Assembly (NCBI GenBank): GCA_951813015.1
Contig: CATOTG010000002.1
Location: 325,310-389,309 of the forward strand
Origin: an uncultured Thermoanaerobaculia bacterium
Lineage (GTDB): Bacteria; Acidobacteriota; Thermoanaerobaculia; Multivoradales; Multivoraceae
Direction of reading: 5' to 3'
DNA: 64,000 nucleotides
Under the pieces are notes generated by a model. That model searched no databases. It worked only from the letters and a program-made list of their open reading frames with translations, and had not been told where the DNA came from. Positions 58,516 through 64,000 of this stretch are shown in pieces (the stretch's first letter is position 1; each line of letters begins with the position of its first letter). The translations under genes were made by a program, and so were the position numbers.

Positions 58516-59862
58516 CTATTGGGCGGCCAGGGAGACACGGATGATCTCCTCGTCGTTGCGCGCGATGATGTGGCGGTTGGCGTAGGCCGGGTGGGTCCAG
58601 TTCACCATCGCGTCGTAGAACCTGCCCGGACCGAAGCCGGATCGCGTCGTCGGCTCGATCAGCCTGGCGCGATCGATCTCCTCGTAGCCGTCACGGGTGA
58701 AGCGGGCGATGATCAGGTCGCCGACGTCGTTGTTGACGAACCAGCGGTCGCCGTGCTTGACCATGAAGGCGGCGCCCCAGCGGCCCTGGCGGGTCATCCC
58801 GTCGCTCTCCCAGAGGCGTGAGCCGTCCGACGCGTCCAGACCGCGCAACTGGCCGTAGCTGCAGACCCCGTAGATCGTGTCGCCCTCGAGGATCGGCGTC
58901 GTGATCAGGGAGTGGAGGCCCTGCGTCTCCTCCGGCATCTCGCTGCGACTCTGGCCCCGCCACAGCTCCTTGACCTCCGGCTTGTCCTCAGCGAGTTCCA
59001 GCAGCAGCGAACCGCGGTAGAAGTGGCTGAACAACAGCCGGTTGTCGTCAATCACGGGGGTCGTCACCGTCATGCCCGAGGCCACTTCCCAGGGAACGGT
59101 CCAGTAAACCTCGCCGGTCGCCGGATCGAGTGAGTTGACCGCCTTCGGTTCCCAGATGATGAGCTGCTCCACGCCGCCGGCTTCAAAGATCATCGGCTGG
59201 CCGTAGCCCATCTCCCAGTCCGAGGACAGGGACCGCCAGACCTCTTCGCCCGTGTGCTTGTTGAAGGCGATCACCTTGCCGTTTGGCTCGGCCCCCACGA
59301 TCTGGATCAGCAGGTCGCCGTGCACGAGCGGTGAAGTGGCGAACCCCCAGATCGTGACGCTGGCGTCGCCCTGCTCCACCGAGTCGTAGCCCCAGATCAC
59401 CTCGCCGGTCTCTGCCTCAAGCGCGATCAGGTGGCCGACGGCCCCCATCACGTACAGCGTGTCGCCGTCGACCGCCGGCGTCGAGCGGGGACCGATCGCA
59501 TAGCTCTGCTGCAGCGCCGAGTAGTTCACGTCCCACTCGCGGCGCCAGAGCTCCTCGCCGGTCTCCTCGTCGAGCGCCAGGACGCGTTCCTTGCCCGTGA
59601 TGGCGCGAGTGCCTTCCACGCGCCGCCAGTCGGTCACGAACACGCGACCGTCCGCGACCACCGGCCCCGAGTAGCCGCCGTGGATCGGCACCCGCCAGAC
59701 CGCTTCGAGGCCGCCCTCGGGAAACTCCTCCACGATGCCGTCCTCCTGCCACACGCCGGAACGGTCGACGCCCCTCCACTGCGGCCAGTCGTCGGCCAAC
59801 GCCGGCACGGTCAACGTCAACCCCAGCACGATGCCAAGGGTGCGAATCGCTAAGGCTTGCAC
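58516..59862 (-). CDS. PQQ-binding-like beta-propeller protein, exported
   Basis: Signal peptide, DWPQWRG, YS.PVVADGRVF, repeated ALD..TG...W motifs. Confidence 0.88.
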   Translation of the reverse strand: MQALAIRTLGIVLGLTLTVPALADDWPQWRGVDRSGVWQEDGIVEEFPEGGLEAVWRVPIHGGYSGPVVADGRVFVTDWRRVEGTRAITGKERVLALDEETGEELWRREWDVNYSALQQSYAIGPRSTPAVDGDTLYVMGAVGHLIALEAETGEVIWGYDSVEQGDASVTIWGFATSPLVHGDLLIQIVGAEPNGKVIAFNKHTGEEVWRSLSSDWEMGYGQPMIFEAGGVEQLIIWEPKAVNSLDPATGEVYWTVPWEVASGMTVTTPVIDDNRLLFSHFYRGSLLLELAEDKPEVKELWRGQSRSEMPEETQGLHSLITTPILEGDTIYGVCSYGQLRGLDASDGSRLWESDGMTRQGRWGAAFMVKHGDRWFVNNDVGDLIIARFTRDGYEEIDRARLIEPTTRSGFGPGRFYDAMVNWTHPAYANRHIIARNDEEIIRVSLAAQ

Positions 59863-59970
59863 GGAAGGGACCTCCTCCTGCTGGCGACGGAGCCTGCTTG
59901 CTCGTCGGCGCGCGTTGTGGGATGGAGGCGTAACTTACCAGCAGCCAAGGTGGCCTCCATTCCTGCAGGG

Positions 59971-60005
59971 AAAAAAAGCCGGCCGCGCAGCGATGCGCGG
60001 CCGGC
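59971..60005 (-). terminator. Rho-independent terminator of glnA
   Basis: 12-bp perfect stem GCCGGCCGCGCA/TGCGCGGCCGGC with a 4-nt loop, followed by T7 on the minus strand. Confidence 0.9.
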
Positions 60006-60075
60006 CAGTGTCGCGGGTCTTCCGACCCGCGATTCCGGAATCCACCGAGCGCCGCCAACGGCGCCGGCTTCCCGA

Positions 60076-61497
60076 CTAGATGTCGTAGTACAGCGCGAAC
60101 TCGTGCGGATGCGGCCGCAGCGCCACCTCCTGGCACTCGCTCTCCCGCTTGTACGCGATGTGGTTTTCGATCACGTCCTCGTCGAACACGCCGCCCGCTG
60201 TGAGGAAGTCGTGGTCGTCCTCGAGGGCGTCGAGCGCCTCGTCCAGCGTCGCCGGCGTGGTCGGAACCCCTTGGCTCTCCTCCGGCGACAGGTCGTAGAT
60301 GTCGACGTCGAGCGAGCTGCCCGGATCGGTCTCGTTCTGGATGCCGTCGAGGGCCGCCATCAGGAGCGCCGCGAAGGCGAGATACGGGTTGCAGCTCGGG
60401 TCGGGGCAACGGAACTCGACCCGCTTCGCCTTCGGCGAGGGCGAGTACATCGGAATCCGCACCGCGGCGCTCCGATTGCGCTGCGAGTACACCAGGTTGA
60501 CCGGCGCCTCGAAGCCCGGCACCAGCCGCTTGTAGCTGTTCGTCGTCGGGTTGGTGAAGGCGAGCAGCGCCGGCGCGTGCTTGAGCAGACCGCCGATCGC
60601 GTGCATTGCCATGTCGGACAGTCCGGCATAGCCGTCGCCCGCGAACAGAGGCACTCCGTCCTTCCAGAGCGAAAGGTGGATGTGCATGCCGCTGCCGTTG
60701 TCCTCGAACAGGGGCTTGGGCATGAAGGTGACGGTCTTGCCGTGCTTGGCGGCCGTGTTCTTGATGATGTACTTGTAGAGCATCATCGCGTCCGCCATCT
60801 CGACCAGCGGCGAAAACCGGAGGTCGATCTCGGCCTGACCACCGGTGCCGACTTCGTGGTGCTGGCACTCGGGGTTGAGACCGAGATCCTCCATCATCAG
60901 GATCATCTCGCTGCGCATGTCCTGGTGCTTGTCGGTCGGCGGTACCGGGAAGTAGCCCTCCTTGTAGCGCGGCTTGTAGCCCAGGTTCGGCCCTTCGTCG
61001 GCGCCGCTGTTCCAGCGGCCCTCGATCGAGTCGACCTCGTAGAAGGCGAAGTTCGGCCCACCGTCGAAGCGCACGTCGTCGAAGATGAAGAACTCCGCCT
61101 CCGGGCCGAAGTAGGCAGTGTCGGCGAGACCCGTCGACTGCACGTAGGCCTCCGCGGCCCTGGCGACGCCGCGCGGGTCGCGCCCATAGCTCTCACGCGT
61201 GATCGGGTCGACGATGTTGCACGTCATGACCAGCGTCTTGTGCTCGAAGTACGGGTCGATGAAGGCAGTGCCGGGCTCGGGCACGACCAGCATGTCCGAC
61301 TCGTTGATCACCTGCCAACCGCGAATACTCGATCCGTCGAACCCGAGTCCGTCCTCGAACGTGCTCTCGTCGACCTCGCTGGCCGGCACCGAGAAGTGCT
61401 GCCAAAGACCGGGGAAGTCCGTGAACCTGAAATCGACGATCTGGACGCCCTCGTCCCGGATCCGTCCGATGATCGACTGGGGGCTAACCTCTGCCAT
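60076..61497 (-). CDS. glnA: Glutamine synthetase type I
   Basis: [66 protein letters not shown]. Confidence 0.98.
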   Translation of the reverse strand: MAEVSPQSIIGRIRDEGVQIVDFRFTDFPGLWQHFSVPASEVDESTFEDGLGFDGSSIRGWQVINESDMLVVPEPGTAFIDPYFEHKTLVMTCNIVDPITRESYGRDPRGVARAAEAYVQSTGLADTAYFGPEAEFFIFDDVRFDGGPNFAFYEVDSIEGRWNSGADEGPNLGYKPRYKEGYFPVPPTDKHQDMRSEMILMMEDLGLNPECQHHEVGTGGQAEIDLRFSPLVEMADAMMLYKYIIKNTAAKHGKTVTFMPKPLFEDNGSGMHIHLSLWKDGVPLFAGDGYAGLSDMAMHAIGGLLKHAPALLAFTNPTTNSYKRLVPGFEAPVNLVYSQRNRSAAVRIPMYSPSPKAKRVEFRCPDPSCNPYLAFAALLMAALDGIQNETDPGSSLDVDIYDLSPEESQGVPTTPATLDEALDALEDDHDFLTAGGVFDEDVIENHIAYKRESECQEVALRPHPHEFALYYDI

Positions 61498-61665
61498 GAA
61501 GTCCTCCTTTGCTTTTCCTTGCCGCGGTGAAGCCGCGCTGAACCTGTCTGGTCAAGCCGCCGACCCGACGGCCCTTCTGCATGCGCGAAACGCGCTTTCG
61601 CCGCGTGTCTATCAGCGAGTCCATCAACTGGCAACCCACGACGCCGGCACCGTGGTTCTTCCGCT

Positions 61666-61681
61666 AGCAACCTCCGTGCCC
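61666..61681 (-). promoter_or_regulatory. Sigma54 (-24/-12) promoter upstream of glnA
   Basis: Minus strand GGGCACG-GAGG-TTGCT matches TGGCACG-N4-TTGCW except at the first base; about 170 nt upstream of glnA. Confidence 0.7.
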
Positions 61682-62029
61682 GCGTGCGTTTCGGCCTGGT
61701 TGCCCAGACGGTGGCACGGCCCTGATTCTTGGTGCCGAAGGGGCGAACGTGACACCCGCTCCCCGATCGCCCCCTCTCACACGGGCTGTCGTCCGGCAGG
61801 CGGACCAACAACTCTGTCGCAACCAGGCCAGGGATCCGACGTTTCTGTAGCCATCCTGTCGTCCGGACCTGGCAACCCGCATGGCCGGATGCCGGCGCGC
61901 AAGCCGGCCCTCATCGCTGTCACGCGCATCTCTCCGGAGTCGAGCCAACGGCTCTCTCGCGGCTCCGGAACGCCCCCTACACAAGTCGCCCCGAGGAGGC
62001 CCCCGGAGCCTGTGATGCACTTCGGGGAG

Positions 62030-63340
62030 CTACCCCGTTTCCAGGCGACTCAGGACGGCGGCATCCTCGCGCCAGCCCGGCTCTGTCCGCACCCGCAGCT
62101 CCAGGTACACCCGCCGACCCAGGAACCCCTCCAGGTCCCGACGGGCGGCGGTGCCGATCTCCTTGATCCGCTTGCCGCCGCGACCGATCACGATGCCCTT
62201 GTGGCTGTCCCGGTCGACGAGGATGTGCGCCAGCAGATCCGTTCGTTTCGCGCCCTCCTCCCAGGCTTCGATCACGACCGCGGTCGTGAACGGCAGCTCG
62301 TCGTGCGTCTGCTCGAGCACCTTCTCCCGGATGAGCTCCGCTGCCAGGAACCGCTCCGTCTGCACGGTCAGGAGCTCCGGGTCGTGCCGGCGCTCGCCCG
62401 TCGGCAGGTGACGCCAGAGGATCTCCAGGACCTGTTCCACGCCGTCCCCGGTGAGCGCCGAGATCGGTACGATGTCCTTGAACACGCCGCTTTCCGCGTA
62501 ACGCTCGATCTCGGGCAGAATCTTCGGCTTCGAGACCTGGTCGATCTTGTTCAGCAGGCACAAGACGGGGCGCTCTCGTTCGGCCGCCGCGGCAGCGCCG
62601 ACGAGATCGAGGGCATAGGCCTCTCCCTTGCCGAAGGGAACCGCCACGTCGCGGATCAGACACACGACGTCGGCCTCCTTGACCGCCGCGGAAGCCGCGT
62701 GAACCATGCGCCGGTTAAGCCGGTGCAGGGGACGGTGCAGGCCCGGGGTGTCGTGAAACACCATCTGGCCAAGCTCCGTGGTCAGAATGCCGATCAACCG
62801 GTGGCGGGTGGTCTGCGGCTTGTCCGACACGATCGCCAGCTTCTCTCCCAGCAACCGGTTCATCAGCGTCGACTTGCCCGCGTTCGGTCGCCCCACGAAG
62901 GCCACCGTTCCGGCCTTGTACGGCCCGAGGAACTGCGACCGCAGCCGCTGCTCCAGAGCCTCCATCTCGCCCTCGTCCGTCTCGTGGTCGTATCCCAGGC
63001 AGTGGAGGATTCCGTGCAGTGCGAGCACCTGAAGTTCCCGCTCCAGGGCCGTGCCGCTGCGCTCGTGCGCCGTCTCCACCGAGATCACGACATCGCCAAG
63101 GTGACGCCCCTCGGGAGTCGTCTCGCCGGGAAAGGAGAGCACGTCGGTCGCCGAATCGGCCGCCCTGTAGCGGTGGTTCAGTTCCCGGATCTCGTCGTCG
63201 TCGACAAGTCGAAGGGTCAACGTCGCGGAATCCGCCGCCAGTTCACCGACCGCGTCGTGAGCGACGCGGCGCAGGCCAGGAAGACAGGCCCGGCACGTGG
63301 CCTCCACACAAGCCGCCACCTGCAGATCGATGGTCACCAC
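62030..63340 (-). CDS. ybeY-era: In-frame fusion of rRNA maturation RNase YbeY and GTPase Era
   Basis: YbeY: LN..YR....TDVLSFP, LGDVVIS, HGILHCLGYDH; then with no stop Era: GRPNAGKSTL, QTTR, DTPG, NKID, ISA, KH domain GIVIGRGG. Confidence 0.92.
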   Translation of the reverse strand: MVTIDLQVAACVEATCRACLPGLRRVAHDAVGELAADSATLTLRLVDDDEIRELNHRYRAADSATDVLSFPGETTPEGRHLGDVVISVETAHERSGTALERELQVLALHGILHCLGYDHETDEGEMEALEQRLRSQFLGPYKAGTVAFVGRPNAGKSTLMNRLLGEKLAIVSDKPQTTRHRLIGILTTELGQMVFHDTPGLHRPLHRLNRRMVHAASAAVKEADVVCLIRDVAVPFGKGEAYALDLVGAAAAAERERPVLCLLNKIDQVSKPKILPEIERYAESGVFKDIVPISALTGDGVEQVLEILWRHLPTGERRHDPELLTVQTERFLAAELIREKVLEQTHDELPFTTAVVIEAWEEGAKRTDLLAHILVDRDSHKGIVIGRGGKRIKEIGTAARRDLEGFLGRRVYLELRVRTEPGWREDAAVLSRLETG

Positions 63341-63350
63341 GCTGAAGAAG

Positions 63351-64000
63351 TCAGTCGGACCGACCGCCGCCGGCGCCGCCCGCTGCTCCGCCGGGAAGAA
63401 CCCGCAGGGAACCCCGACCTTCCCCGTCCCATTCGAAGCCCGGGTACTCCACCCGATGGTGGTGGATCGTCTTCAGGACATTCTGCAGGGTGTAGCTCAG
63501 CCGCCGCAGGTCAAAGAGCGTCAGATCCGTCTGATCCAGCTGGCCATCCTCGACGATGTCGTCCAGAAGACGCGTCACCAGTTTCCGAATCGAATCCTCG
63601 GAGAAGTCCTCCAGGGTTCGGCTCGCGGCCTCCACCGTATCGGCGACCATCAGCACGCCCATCGTCTTGTTCTGGGGCATGGGACCCGTGTAGCGGTACT
63701 GGTGCTCGTTTACCTTTTGCCCCGGCTCGGCCCGCTCCTTCGCGCGGGCGAGGAAGTAGCCGACCGTGCGAGTGCCGTGGTGCTGTTCGATCGCGTCGAC
63801 GATCGGCTGCGGCAGCCCCTGCTCCCGAGCGAGGACGACGCCTTCCTTCACGTGATCGAGGAGGATCAGCGCCGACACCGACGGCGCGAGGCTGTCGTGC
63901 GGGTTGTCGCCATCCCGCTGGTTCTCCACGAAGTACCGGGGCCGAAGCACCTTGCCGATGTCGTGGTAGAGGCCTCCCACATACGCCAGCGTCGGGTTCC
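63351..64000 (-). CDS. HDIG-domain phosphohydrolase (7TM-HD/PgpH-like), 5'-truncated by the window edge
   Basis: YHDIGK...P.YF.ENQ, HV..G, QHHGT, Y.GP.PQ, ADTVEAASR, H.RVEYP; usual position upstream of ybeY. Confidence 0.9.
   Translation of the reverse strand, partial: NPTLAYVGGLYHDIGKVLRPRYFVENQRDGDNPHDSLAPSVSALILLDHVKEGVVLAREQGLPQPIVDAIEQHHGTRTVGYFLARAKERAEPGQKVNEHQYRYTGPMPQNKTMGVLMVADTVEAASRTLEDFSEDSIRKLVTRLLDDIVEDGQLDQTDLTLFDLRRLSYTLQNVLKTIHHHRVEYPGFEWDGEGRGSLRVLPGGAAGGAGGGRSD

Overview
High-GC bacterial chromosomal segment. The gene content (Oar-type TonB-dependent receptor, OmpH/Skp, tandem secreted amidohydrolases, PQQ-like beta-propeller) suggests a diderm such as an Acidobacteriota lineage; this is inference only. 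The flanks carry housekeeping and metabolic genes: a xylose cluster (xylA, eukaryote-like xylB), a VWA/MoxR pair, a sirtuin, an S1-domain protein, nth, pdxA, peptidases, an acyl-CoA dehydrogenase pair, glnA with a sigma54-type promoter and terminator, an in-frame YbeY-Era fusion and an HD phosphohydrolase. The centre (about 26.6-55.6 kb) is a ~29 kb defence island. It starts with a heavily frameshifted SNF2 helicase and a SWIM-HTH gene, followed by a complete class I DISARM set (drmD, drmMI, drmA, drmB, drmC). About 11 kb of cargo sits between drmMI and drmA: an IetAS-like AAA ATPase plus S8 protease, an ASCH gene with a truncated partner, TcmP plus DUF5131, a DUF222-HNH pseudogene, two IS3 relics, a vapBC TA pair, an orphan diverged drmA 5' end, and an ABC/AAA ATPase plus DUF4276 pair translationally coupled to drmA. 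The best candidates for novelty are this apparent exchangeable cassette slot in front of drmA, the ATPase-DUF4276 module wired into DISARM, and the YbeY-Era fusion. No tRNA, rRNA, cas gene or integrase was recognised. All family calls come from motif recognition by eye, not database searches.
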